From Bilabrum cf. latius (Eukaryota): a stretch of 64,000 bases of DNA. Location of the stretch: assembly GCA_965178125.1 (NCBI GenBank), contig OZ237747.1, positions 1 through 64,000 on the forward strand. The letters are read 5' to 3'. Position 1 is the stretch's first letter; every line of letters begins with the position of its first letter. This document shows, piece after piece, positions 50,171-62,069 of this stretch. The translations under genes and the position numbers were made by a program. Under the pieces are notes generated by a model, which made no database searches, was not told where the DNA came from, and saw only the letters and a list, made by a program, of their open reading frames with translations.

Positions 50171-51850
50171 ATGCAATCCCATCACGCATTCGGTGAAATA
50201 CCACTTACACCTGTTGAAGACAGCATGCCAAATTCAGTCGCCAGAAAGCCCCCATAGGCAGCTGGACTTGACCGCAAGGCTGCGTCTGCTCCTGCGAGGC
50301 GACCACCTTTGCAGCTGCCCCGCCGTGAAGAAGTAGCAGCAATGACAGAGTCGAAGGTCAACAATGATGATCTGTATGTGCCACATGATTCAACGAGGGA
50401 GACTCCGTAGCGGCAAGATGGCGGTACCACCCCCGCATCAAGCAACAGCCAAAGGAACGCCCCCAAAGGTGTTGTACCCGGAAGAATAGGTGATCAGCAG
50501 TAGCATGCCTCTCAATACTAGGTGGCTCAGCAAAATGGCCAACCAATTGGTGCATTATCACCTGCAGTGGACAGATATCCATACGGAGCACTCGGCGGGC
50601 AGGTCGGAGGCAGTTTTTCGCAGTATCCTCCCTATGCCGGGGCTATCGGAGCTCAAGGATAGTATGGTATGTATCAGCCAGGTTTTAATATCTACGGTGG
50701 AGGGTTGTAGCAGTAGGGAGGACCGCAATGGCTTTAGTCGCTGCACGCTGCTGCGGGTGGAGCAAGCGCAGTCTCAGAGCTGCTCCTTGCGACGTCGGAG
50801 GTGTCAGCACGGAGTGCATGGGCCCTCCTTGCTTTGTTGGAACGGGTTGGATTTGGGGCTGCCCGCGTGCTCGCATTTGTGCGTGCCAAGCCTCCGGTAG
50901 ATCCACGGACCGGCCAACCGTCTATGTCGCCCGAGGCATTTCAGAGGCACCGCAAGCATCTGCTCGTGCGGTGGGCAGCTGGACTTGTGGTTGCGGCGGC
51001 CGCAATCGGGCTGGTGCGTTGGTGTCTGTCCGCTTCGCCGAAAGGCAAAGGTGGAGCGGCAGCGGCCCCCGGACAAGCAGGGGCATCCGCTGGCGGCTCG
51101 GTCACGGGGCGCCGGGTGTGGCGACTGCTGTGGGTCTCTGCGGCTGTGGGGGCGGCAGCTGCGGCTGGATTTGCGGCCCGGGATGCAATGGGTCGTGTTG
51201 GTTCTGCCAGCGAAGGTTCTGTGTCTGAAGCCGAGGCGGGTGGTGCCGGTGCTGGCGAGGAGCAAGGCGGGTCAGGAGAGGGGGAGGGAGAGGGGGAGCG
51301 GGCACTGGCAGGGCTGCCGGCCACGCTTCGGCCAATCGTGCGCGCGATGCCGGGCGGGCCTTGGGTCGTCGCCCGTCTGCAGCGAATGCTCCGCCTGGCG
51401 CGGCGGGTGGCAGCAGTGGCTGTGGAGGCCGTGCTGTCCGCTGCCGGGGTGGACGAGGAGGGCCCGGGGGAGGAGGTGGCAGCGGGGGCGAGGCAACCGG
51501 TAGGGGCACAGAGCACGGCAGGGGCAGCACCAGGGGTCGGGATTGCATCGGTTGGCCACCATTGGCAGGCAGCCCAGCTTGAAGGAGCGCGTTCGCTGGG
51601 CACTCCGTCGGCGGGCAGGCCTGTGCTCTGGTCATTACCTGGTGGGGGGAGTCGGAGTGGGATCGAGGTACAGGAAGGGGCCTTTAGAGGCGGGCCAGTC
51701 GACCAAATGGATGTGATTCGCAGTGGAACACCAGGCGGAGGGGGGCTCTCTGCCATCTTGAGGGGGGCGGGTGGCGCTAGCAGCGCTGCTTTGGAGCAGG
51801 AGGCTATCTTCCACCACTCAGTGACTGGACCAGGGAGCAATCCACTGTAA
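50171..51850 (+). CDS. Possible plant-type PEX13-like peroxisomal membrane protein
   Basis: YG-rich segment (YPYGALGG, YGMYQPG, IYGGGL) followed by WL*SLH..SELLLAT..ALLALLERVG and TM segments; 8 TAGs in the first 570 nt; TAA stop. The CDS is well supported, the identity is tentative. Confidence 0.5.
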
Positions 51851-51982
51851 TAGCGAGTCCATTTTACTCTACTTTGCATTAAGTGCTCGTAATCCAGTTG
51901 CACTTAAATAACCGGAACAAAAATCCACCAATCAGCGAGAAATCGCGATTTGATTCTGCTCGCTCAGCGAAGTCAGTCGAGA

Positions 51983-53515
51983 ATGTCGGCGCCAACATCC
52001 GTGCTAGATACGCTTGGGAGTCATTTGTAGCTGCCGCGGCTCTCTGGCTAGCGGGATACGAGCGAAGTTATCGGTGGGAAGCGGGCCGTGTTGCTGCTCT
52101 TCTCCGCGCGGTGGTGCCCTCCGTGCAAGGATTTTGCTCGAAAGCTGGCAACGTGGTACAGAAAGAATAAGGATAAACCTGACCAAGAAATAGAGATCGT
52201 ATTCGTGTCCTTAGATCATTCTGAAGCCGAGTACAGTCGGTACAGCGGCAGCATGCCTTGGCCAGCGTTACCCTGGAGTGCCGCTGTGAAATGCAGGGAG
52301 GCCCTAGTAGGCTAGCTTGGTGTTGGAAGCATCCCTGCAGTTGTGGCGCTTGACCCCGGCGGAAAGCTTCTCACGACAGACGGCCGCAGAGTCGTGGACG
52401 TCGATCCTGATGCTGAACTGTTTCCTTGGACAGACACGCTAGGCTCCGTGCTGAGAAAGGCTGGACCTTTGCTGATGCCAGATGGCACGATAGGCCCTAC
52501 CTTTGACTAGCTGCGACTGAAGCACCAGCATATTGCTTTGCACTTTTCAGCTGGGTGGTGCGAGCCGTGCCTGGCATTCCGCCCGGTGCTGCTCGACTGG
52601 GTGAAGGCACGCACCTCTCCCGGGGGCCTTGACCTCGCAGTGGTACTGGTCAGCATGGATCGGGACGAGTTGGTCTTCCACAAGGCCCGCGCCGAGTACC
52701 CGTTCCCCGCGCTGAGCTGGAAGGCGCGGCGAGTGGCGGGAGACGCCGGTCGCCTGCTGCGTGTCATGGCGCTCCCCACGACTGCCGTGATAGAGTCCAG
52801 GACGGGGAAGGTGCTCACCACTAGGGCAGCTGATCTCATCCGGAAGGAGCCCGCCGGATTCCCCTGGCCGGCCCGTCCGGTGGAGCCCCCTTTCACGGTT
52901 TGGCGCCGCGCACTCGAGTTCCGCTACACTGCTGTCCTCCTGGTGGACCGCTGCACAAACAGACACGCAGAAGATGTCGCGAGAGAGGCTTTCGCCGCGG
53001 CTGCGGGGCGCGTGTTCGATGGCGACTTGAAGGCCCGTGGCAGCGGCATGCAAGCGTGCGTGTGCGGGGCCGAGGACCCGGAGACGAAAATGGTGCGGAA
53101 AGTGACGCACCTGCGTGACGCCGCTGCTTTGGCCCGACACAGGGCCTCGTCCGGCAAGGGGGAAGATGCATCCCCTCGTAAGGGGGCCGCCGGGGGTGCG
53201 GGGAGTGGGGACGGGTCGGGGGCATCGGCAGAGGGCAAGCGGGAGGAGGGGCAGGTCGAGGTCGAGGGGTAGGGGCATGGGGAGGGGGAGGGGGAGGGGG
53301 AGGACAACGAGGGGTCGGTGGAGGACGAAGAGCTGCAAGTGGTAGTGCTGCGTCCCACCACCGACCAGTGCTGGTACCTGGGCCCGAGGTACAAGGGCAA
53401 GAGCCAAGCCGCTGGGGCCGCCAGTGGGGCAATCACCGCTGCCGGCTTGGAAGAATTTTTTCGAGACATCCTCGGCGGGAAAATCGAAGAAGAAGCTGTT
53501 AAATTCGCAGAGTGA
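51983..53515 (+). CDS. Nucleoredoxin/tryparedoxin-like protein with two thioredoxin-like domains
   Basis: LFSARWCPPCK..EIVFVSLD..MPWPALP and HFSAGWCEPCLAF..VLVSMDR. TAG at 52028, 52049, 52313, 52508, 53270; TGA stop. Confidence 0.88.
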
Positions 53516-53671
53516 TGATGAATTGTTGGGATAGAATTGCGTTGGGTCAGAAATTCAGGATCAAAATGATCAGGCTGAATCGGGGGGGATCTGATATTTT
53601 GTGGACTCAACTCAAAAGCGCACGCTATCACGAAGAAACATCTGGAACGAGGGCCCGGGACCTACCAGACT

Positions 53672-54331
53672 TCACGCTTCAGCTGCAATGGCCTAAACCA
53701 CCTAAGCTCCACCCTGGGGACCCATTTCCCCCTGGGGAGCGTCAGCGTTCACGTTCCCTCCGGCGCCCGCTGCCGGCACCCCGTCCTGCTGCCCGTTCTG
53801 AGCCAACCCTGCCTTCACGTTGGCGATCGCCACGGCGAGGTTGTTGTTTTCGGCTGCCCCTACAGCCAGGCTGGCAAAGTCCTCCCGGACCGCCCTTGCG
53901 AGCGCCCGTTTGGCCTTCGCTGCAGCCCTCCTCGATCCCTTCGAGACAAAATCGAGGATCCTTGAGTGGTCCTGCATGACCCGTGAGTACATAGTGTGGT
54001 ACACACGCTGTTCCCCGCGCACGTGCTGGTGCTAGGCGGCAACGGAGAGGCGAGCCTTTGCCACAGAAGACCACGAGAGGCGTGCGTTGGCCGGACGAGT
54101 CGAAACCCGCCGCCCTTTGTCCTCCTACCTCTTCTTCCGCAACTTGTCGAGCACCTGCAGGAACTCGACCGACTTCTCCCCGATTCCCCCCAACACGTCC
54201 ACCACAAAGGGTACGACCCGCACGCCACTACGTACCGCCCCACGTTGAATCGAACCTCTTTTATAGCGTGCTACTCTGCATTGAATCTTGTTTTTTTCAA
54301 TAACAAGATTCAATTTCGAGAACGCTCCCAT
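53672..54331 (-). other. Short ORF resembling the C-terminal part of a non-LTR retrotransposon restriction-like endonuclease (possible truncated or domesticated element)
   Basis: VVPFVVDVLGGIGEKSVEFLQVL resembles the FxPxxxExxGxxGxxAxxxL end of RLE domains; frame open via TAGs; no RT in the window. Confidence 0.35.
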
Positions 54332-54388
54332 TGATCGCCGCAGGTCCGGCTGTATCGATTATCCGCTTGATTGCTAACACTTAGTACT

Positions 54389-55746
54389 ATGTCAGGCTGG
54401 GGTGATTCTGGTGGCGGTGGCTGGGGATCAAGCGGTGGCGCTGGAGATGCATGGGGCTCTGGCGGAGGCCAAACTGGTGGTGGCGGAGGCTGGGGTGCAG
54501 CTTCCGGAGGAGCGGGGGGATCAAGTGGGGGCTGGGGAAGTTCAGGAGGTAGTGGCGGTGGGAGCGGAAGTGGTGGGGGGTGGGGTTCGGGTGGAGGCTC
54601 CCAGAGTTTGCCAGGCGCAGGAGGCAGGGATGACATTCAGTTTCCATCGCCAAGCTCGGGAGTGCCTGACACTATTCAAGAAATATAGTGGAGCCCTAAT
54701 GGCAAGTTTGTCGCTTGTGGCTCATGGGATGGCAAGGTGAGAGGTTGTCGTGCAAGGCTTGGGCGGTTTCATCGCACCATGATACATGTATGTCTGAGTA
54801 CGTCTGACTTGTCTTCACTTATGCGCAGGTATATATTTATTAGGTGAACGGACCCGGAGGCGGAGGGCCCCCGGTTGTATTCTAGACATCGATAGATACG
54901 AAGTTCCCGGTGCTGGACTTGCAGTGGGTGGACGACGCCAACGTGGCTGTCGCAAGCGCAGGCAAGTCTGTGCAGCTGTGGAACCTGCAGAAGGCAACCA
55001 ATGTTGTAGTGGGCGGGCATGATGCACCGATTAAGTCACTGCGAAAGTTCTGGATGGGGCAGCAGCCAATGCTGGTGTCTGGCGGGTGGGACAAGTGCAT
55101 CAAGTATTGGGACCAGCGGCAGCCGGGCAAGGCCCGCGAGGTTAAGCTTCCCGAGCGAGTGTATACGATGGATGCGAAGGGCCGCACGCTGGTGGTGGGG
55201 CTGGCAGAGCGCCAGATCGGCATCTTCGACCTGCAGGCGCCAGACCGCCCACGCCGCGAGATGCGCTCCCCGCTCAACTACCAGACGAGGTGCATCTCGG
55301 TGGCATCGGACGGGCTGGGCTTCATCCTGGGCTCCATCGAAGGGCGGGCCTCCATCAATTACGTGGATGCGGCGCACGACGACAAGCGCAGGTTCCAGTT
55401 CCGGTGCCACCGCGTGGACAACAACGCCTTCCCTGTGAACACGGTGGACATGCAGCCCGGTGACCGGTTCAGAGACGCCTTTGTGACCACTGGGGCGGAC
55501 GGTTCGTTCGTTTTCTGGGACAAGGAGAAGAGGGTGCGGCTGGCAAACCCCTTCATGCACCCCCGCAACCTGCCGGTCACCACTGCGAGGTGGAGCCCGA
55601 GCGGAGCGCTGCTGGCGTACGCGCACGGCTACGACTGGCACATGGGCATGCGGGGGTTTAAGCCGGCCGAACAGCCCGTCAGCATCCACGTGCACCCTGT
55701 CGCGGACAAGGAGCTCACGTACGTGGATGCCAGCAGGGGTTACTGA
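54389..55746 (+). CDS. RAE1: mRNA export factor Rae1/Gle2 (WD40) with GW-rich N-terminal extension
   Basis: DTIQEI*WSPNGKFVACGSWDG; intron 54737-54828; HDAPIK, SGGWDK, LPERVYTMD, SPLNYQTRCI, GSIEGR, FQFRCHR, FWDK..R.RL, AYAHGYDWHMG. TAG at 54686, 54841, 54883. Confidence 0.93.
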
Positions 55747-55988
55747 GGACGAGGAGTGGTCCCCGAACGGTTCCAGGCAGCGGCTGTTGGTTGATAAGCG
55801 ACTTCTTTACAGACATGGGTTAGGTTAGGAGTTAATTGCTACGTAAGATGATGCATTCACGCCAGCATCCGAACCGTGCAGGTGCCAAGCATACCCCGCC
55901 CCCCGCTCCCACGACCGCGGTCCTGTTGGATGCCGGAGTTGGGACGGGCAAGCACGCTGCCTGCACACGCCTTCTCACCCGGAGGCGC

Positions 55989-58619
55989 TCACTCGAAGGG
56001 AATGACGAATCGCTCTCCAGCAGCCCGCCCACTCGTTGCCCCTGCCGCCCCTCTCTCCCCCTTCCCTCCTCCACGAGCCAGGCCGGCCGCCATCGCCTCT
56101 ACCGCCCTGCGGCCCGCCTCCCTCAGCCGGTCCCGCGCGTCCCCCGGCAGCCACCCCACTGTGTCTCTGCTCCCTGCAGACAACTCGAACCGCCCGGCAT
56201 GCCCCCTCACCGCCGAGTCCGCCAGCGAGTCCCGCACGCCTCTCTCCAGCGAAGGCAGCGCCACCCGCAGCACATCCCGGTCCTGGCTCACCAGCCGGGG
56301 GTCCAGGCCCAGCGAGGCCGGGGACACCACTCGCAGGCCGGCGATGAAGCCCTCCAGCGGCACCCTGACGCTGCCGGATGCACCACCCACACTGCCTTCG
56401 CCCAGCGGCCTGCCGTCCTGCGCCAGGTACTTGCGCCCCTCGGCGCGAGCGTCTGCCTCGCTGCCCACGCTCGATGAGCGGGCGCGCACCCTGGTTGGGC
56501 TCCGGTACCCAGCGATGGCTGCGTGTGCATTATCCCCACCCTGCCCCTGTCCCTGTCCCTTGCGTGCTTGTGTAGCGAACTGGATGTCGCTGTCGCTGTC
56601 GCTGACGCTGTCGTCGCCATCTCCGCCCTCGTCTCGCCTGCGCCACAGATCAGTCGCATCGATGGGCTCCGGGCCCGCCCCGCTGAGCAGCTGGTCCACC
56701 ACTGCCCAGCACATCCCTGTGGTCACCGGCTGCAGCGAGAACCTGAACTGGGCTCGGTACTCTGGGCGGATGGGCGCGGCATGGCTGGGGCTGACGGCTG
56801 AGGGCGAGCCAGACCCGTCGGTCAGTCCCATCGCAGGCTGGCTCGACGCATCTGGGCCGGGTGCAGGGGATGAGGAGAACGACGAGGAAGAGGAAGAAGC
56901 GGACGAGGAGACACCGGGGCGCGCAGGGTCGGCCTGCCGCGGGCCAAATGACGAGTGCGCCCTGCGCTTGGCAGCCTGGATGATGCCGGCGTGTTCCTTG
57001 AACTCTGCGTTGGCTTTCACCAGCTGCAGCACCCTGCTAGAGGCATCCCGCCTCGGGTCGAACCCCCGCCGCACCCAGCAGTTTCGGAAGGGGTCTTTGC
57101 TGAGCAAATAGGCCACCCCAGGTAGGAACTGGGCCAGCAGCCCGGGGACACGGTCCCTCGCAGGCAATCGCCCGCTGGGCATCCCGTCCAGCAGCGGGGC
57201 GAACCGATCCCCGTCCACGAGCGGGAAGAGGGTCTCGAGAGCGCCCTGGGGCCACACGGGTCGAAGCCGCAAGGCCCTCTGCAGCGCCACCATCAGCCGG
57301 AAAGCCATCCATTTGCTGGGAGGACATTCCCCCACTGGGGCGGATACGCTCCCAGAGGGTGAGGAGGACGCTGCCGAGGACGAGTACTAGGACGAGGGTT
57401 CCCCCCCTGCCTCCAGCCACCGCTGCCAGTCCGCAGGTGGGTGCTCCGGCGGAATGCTCTCCTCCACGAGGCCCTCTGAGTGCCTGAGCCTGTGCCTCGC
57501 CACTGCCTGCACCTCAGCAGATGTGAGCAGGGGCACTCCGGGCGCACTGTCAGCACCGGGCACTCCCCCCAGCCGCAGCCCACTGAGACCCACCGACCAC
57601 TCCGCCCTGGATGCAGCCTTCCGACGGATGGCGCTCCCGCTCCGTGGCGGCTGCTTGCTGTACGGGACGTCCTGCAGCCTGGTGGGCGGGAGCAAGTGGG
57701 CAGGCGGGGGGAAGCCCGGCTGCAGCACGCCCTGCAGCACCTGCCAGGGGGCCCCGCCCTGTGCTCGCGACAGCCAGTACCGCCCCCCCTTTGCAACGGC
57801 AGAGCCACCCTCCTCGCTGCGGTCATCCGATGTGGCCAGCCCATCTCCGGCGGCTCCCATCCGGAGAGCGCGCACTGTCTCGGCCACGCCTCGGGCCGCA
57901 GCCCAGGCGGTCGCAGCGGTGGCCTCGGTGGCGGTACTACCCAGCCGGCCGCTGCGGTCGTCTCGGCGGGTTACAGGGCAGCCCAGAAGCTCCGCGGCTA
58001 GGTCATGCGGGTCCACCGCACTTCTGTCAGCACCTCCAGCACCCGAGCTTCCTTGCCGTGCCAAGAGCTGGGCTGCCAATGCGCCTATTGCACCCTTTTC
58101 CTCGGCATCTTGCGTGCCAGCCGACAAACGGCCTAAACCTGCGCTAGTTTTACCCACACTGCTCCGAATTGCGCTTCCGAGCAATTGCGCTGCCATTTGT
58201 GGGAGCCGTGGCACCGCCCCAGATCCTTGATCCAAGGCCTAGAACGAGCCCAGCTTCCCAGGCCTGTAGTTCCCGCCATTTTTCTGAATTGTTTGTTCTG
58301 GTAGGACTTGCTGATCACAAGGCTCGTCAAAACGCTGCTGTCGATCCGCAACCCCGAGCAATTCGCCAGCTCCGGACGGGCGGATTCGAATTACAACAGC
58401 AGACACCGGGGCCGAGATCGCACGGCATGCCGAACTCTACAGGTCAAGTGGACGAACATGTAATTTGGCGTTACCAAGGGGTGCGCAAGCCTAAGCGAGT
58501 CCTGCGCTCCCACCAAGCAGGACTGCTGCTGTTTTGCTGCCCGCTACTCGAACCGGCAAGTTGATCAACTCAAGACGCCCGACCGGATACTCCAGGGGAA
58601 TCGAAATAGTGTCTGACAT
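55989..58619 (-). CDS. GTF3C5: RNA polymerase III transcription factor IIIC subunit 5 (tau95/Tfc1)
   Basis: N-terminal INLPVRV..AAVLLGG and ELLGVA...F..PCDQQVLP; tau95 motif LPGVAYLLSKDPFRNCWVRRGFDPRRD..R.LQ. TAG at 58491, 58437, 58239, 57387; TGA stop. Confidence 0.8.
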
Positions 58620-58681
58620 CTTCAAACAAGCAAAGCCAACAGCTGGGGCACTGGTCGGTAAATGGACGAGACCAGCGGTGG

Positions 58682-59634
58682 ATGGCCCAGAAACACGCAC
58701 TTGCCTTGCCTCCATGGCGCCGCGCACGGATGCGGATGCCGTTGGTTCCGCTACTGTCGTGGTGGTGCCGAGGCAGACAGACCAACAAACTAGCGGCTGG
58801 GCGAGACAAGTACGAATCATCTGACTTCGAATCGACTTCTGCATATAACTACAAGTTTCATTGGCTTTCGCGGGGGAGACATCATTTTGTTGCAGTCGGA
58901 AAGATGCATTCTACTAGAAGGCATAAGGCCGGCATCACCGAGCACCAGGTCGAGCGTGCTATCCTTGTGTACGCTGCCGATGTCAATTGGAGCTGGACTG
59001 TGTTCATTCAAGAGGCAATCTACAATTTTTTCGGGCATCTAGCCGCTGGTTTCATCTGGATGCGCCATGGGACAACCGGGCTGCAAAATCGGGCCTTCGA
59101 TTGCACTTGCTTTGGGTCTGGGCACATAGTCGTGATAATGCAGGCTGCCATCCTGCTGCTATCTATTTTATCTCTCACTTTTTTCGTCGCTGGGCGCGTG
59201 CTGCACGGGTTCGATTTTGAAGTCTCAGAGAGCGAGGTTTTGCTGGCCTTGAGCCTCAACATTTGCCGCTGCTTGACAATTGCGACAAAGTATGGCTTCA
59301 TGCCAAAGCCAGTGTACAAAGGGCTGGATAAGAGGGTCATGAGCGTCGAGTCGCGGTCCGAGTATCTTCTCCTCGGTGGCTGGTGGGCGCCCAGAAAAGA
59401 GCTGCTTTATAGAGAAATGGAGAAGGCCTCGGCCAGGCACGACCCTGAATTCGATACGCGCCTTGTAGTCTTCGAGACGAAAGAAGCGAAGCAGGCAGCC
59501 CTGGATGCCATGCGCTAGTCCCTCAATTTTTTCATTAAGATGGAGAGCGGCCGGCTCGCCCCTGACATCGAGCAGGAGCTGAGGTACAACAACGCCGCGT
59601 GGCAGCTCAAGTGCCAGCGAAACAAGGCCTAGCG

Positions 59635-59665
<31 letters not shown>

Positions 59666-61840
59666 CGGGGCGACGATTCGATTGAGATGCTAGCCCAGGC
59701 CCGCTCCCCCAGTCCCAAGGTCGAGGACGAGCACGAGCGAGCACCGCAAGAAGAAGAGGTAGCAGAGATGCAGGGCCCCTTGTCCTCGCTGGCGCTGCTG
59801 GCCAAGGACATGGGACCTTCCGCCGTGGAGTGGATGAGAGCCATTCGGGGCAGGAGGGCGCAGGAGCAGGCTGCCGCGGCAGCAGGGGGGACGGGTGGAG
59901 CCCGGGGCGAGGGGCAGCCACATCGCTCGGGCGCAGGCCGAAGCACGCACAACCCCTTGTAGCAAGCGGCCGGGGGCGGCAGCTAGTCAGCAGCCCAGCA
60001 GAGTGAGAAGGACGCACCGCTCGCGGGCTTCAAGCCGACCTCCCCTGCGCTGGTGGTGGCTGAGGCGCAGGGGAAGCGGGCGCGGGCTCGAGTTGCGCAC
60101 CAGCAGCGCGCTGCTGACTCGACCTTGTGCCAGTTGCTGGACAACACCGAGACGGGGAGGGACATCTGGAAGAAGGCCATGGCGGCCAGACACGCCATTC
60201 CGGCGAAGCTGTTTGCCTGGCACACTGTGGGCAAGTGCTACATGGAAGAGCCCTCCGTCTGGCTGTCTATCTTGGCCAAGGTGGTGGCCCTGATCTTCGC
60301 AGCGCTGCCTATCGCCGTGCGCATGGGACTGGATATTCCCCCCTTTGGCACCACCCCGCTGTCTGGCGCGGCGATCGTTACTACCATGATGCTCTCTGGT
60401 TTTTGCGCACACACCACAGCGCTCTACTGCTGCGTGGGGGCTCTGGATGCCTCCCGCCGCTTGCAGGTGCAGCTGGCCATGAGCGAGCTCATCGACCTCA
60501 AGAGGGACGGAGTTGCGGACGCGCGCATGATGGTGCAGTCCGTGCAGGCAGACATCGACTGCGAGAGGAGGCAGGCCGCCGCTGCAAAGGCGGGCCTGAG
60601 CTCGTGTGGCCCTGCCGGCGATCGGCGCCGCTCCTCGGGGCCTGGGCTGGACCGCAGGAGCACGCTGGACCTCTCCACGGAGCTGCAGCGTAAGGTGATG
60701 GAAAAGTCCATCGCGCACACAAGGCAGCAGGGGGGCTCCACGGGGCCCTCTGTGCTGCAGGCGGCTGCGCTGGGAACTGCTGGCCAGGGTCTAGCCAGCG
60801 CAGGGCAAGACGTAGCAGGCCTGGAGACCGACCTGGAGGGCAGTCTGCACACCATGTCATCCATGCCCCGTACCAGGAGGCGCATGTCCGTGCTGCATGA
60901 CGTGGCTCCGGGCATTGAGGTGGACAGCGACGAAGACGACAGCGATGGAGATTCGGGGGGGTTGGCGGCGGGGAGCAGAGCGGCTCCGGCGCAACGGGGC
61001 TGCGGCAACGGGGACAGTCGCCGGGCCCGCGCGGAGACCACCGGTCTGTCCAATGCCCTTTTGCGCGTTGGCGGCCGGCAGATGGCCCCTCCCGCGCGCT
61101 CGGAGCTGCTGGAGAGCGGCGCCCAGCTGTCTCAGAGCGCTGCTGCCCGATTCGTGCGAGACGAGTTGAGGACGCTGAGGCTGCCGCTGCTGCGCCCTGG
61201 CAATGTGGAGGCCTGGTTCCAGGTGAGGCGCGTGTGCTTGGACACGGGGCGGCTGTACGAGCGGCGCATCACGGCCAACGGGGGGCTGTACCTGGCTTTC
61301 GCATTGGCCAACCTGGTGGCTGTGTTCGTGATGGTATTTACCGAGGCGGGGGTGGTGGTGCGACTGGCAGAGACAGGCAACGTGTACGATCTGTCCAGGA
61401 GGGACCGCGTGCTGCTATCTCGGTTCGGGATCTTGGTGCTCTCCTGCCTGCTGCTAGAGCTGCTGTTCAGCCTGACAATCATCGCGCAGGTGGTGCTGGG
61501 AGCCATGTCCAACGAGGAGGGGACCATCCACTGCGACCGCATAGTGCAGGCAGAGGCAGTCGTCACCGAGCTCAGGTTCTCGCCCCCTACCGTGCTGATG
61601 CTGCTCGCAGCACAGCTCGCCAAGAACTCCGTGGATAGGGTTGCTCTACGCCTTGGAGCAGTGGCCGACGCATGCAACGTGGCGGCGCGGCGCATTCGTT
61701 CTGAGCTGGACGTGGAGCCGATGCGCATCCTGGGTCTGCCCGCATCTTTCGCGCTCGTGAGCACGATCGTGTCTGCGGCGGGGTCCGGGGTGGTGGCGGC
61801 AGCATCTGCAATCTCTGACACGGTCTCGCAGCAGGCGTGA
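58682..61840 (+). CDS. Multi-pass membrane protein, PHTF-like (7TM ion channel superfamily); start uncertain
   Basis: About 7 hydrophobic segments; LRLPLLRPGNVEAWFQVRR..DTG and C-terminal PMRILGLPASFALVSTIVSAA resemble PHTF motifs. TAG at 59516, 59630, 59663, 59960, 59984; TGA stop. Confidence 0.6.
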
Positions 61841-62069
61841 CTCGAGATGCATGCGAGTGGCTCGCGTGGGTCCGGAATATGACTCCGGATTTCGTGCGGC
61901 AGACATCGACTGCGAGCGGAGGCAGGCCGCCGCTGCAAAGGCAGGCCTGGTACATATCCGGGTGTTTGGAGGATTCTACATCCGGATTGACACGCTTAAC
62001 CTAGACTTCTAGCTGATTCAAACTGTTCGCAACCGAGGGGTAGCTACCAGGCTACGCTTGTATCTCCGA

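Noticed and set aside
54235-54290. tRNA gene (GGTTCGATTC B-box on the minus strand), e.g. a suppressor tRNA
   Set aside because: No T-stem or acceptor-stem pairing; I could not find any tRNA in this window.
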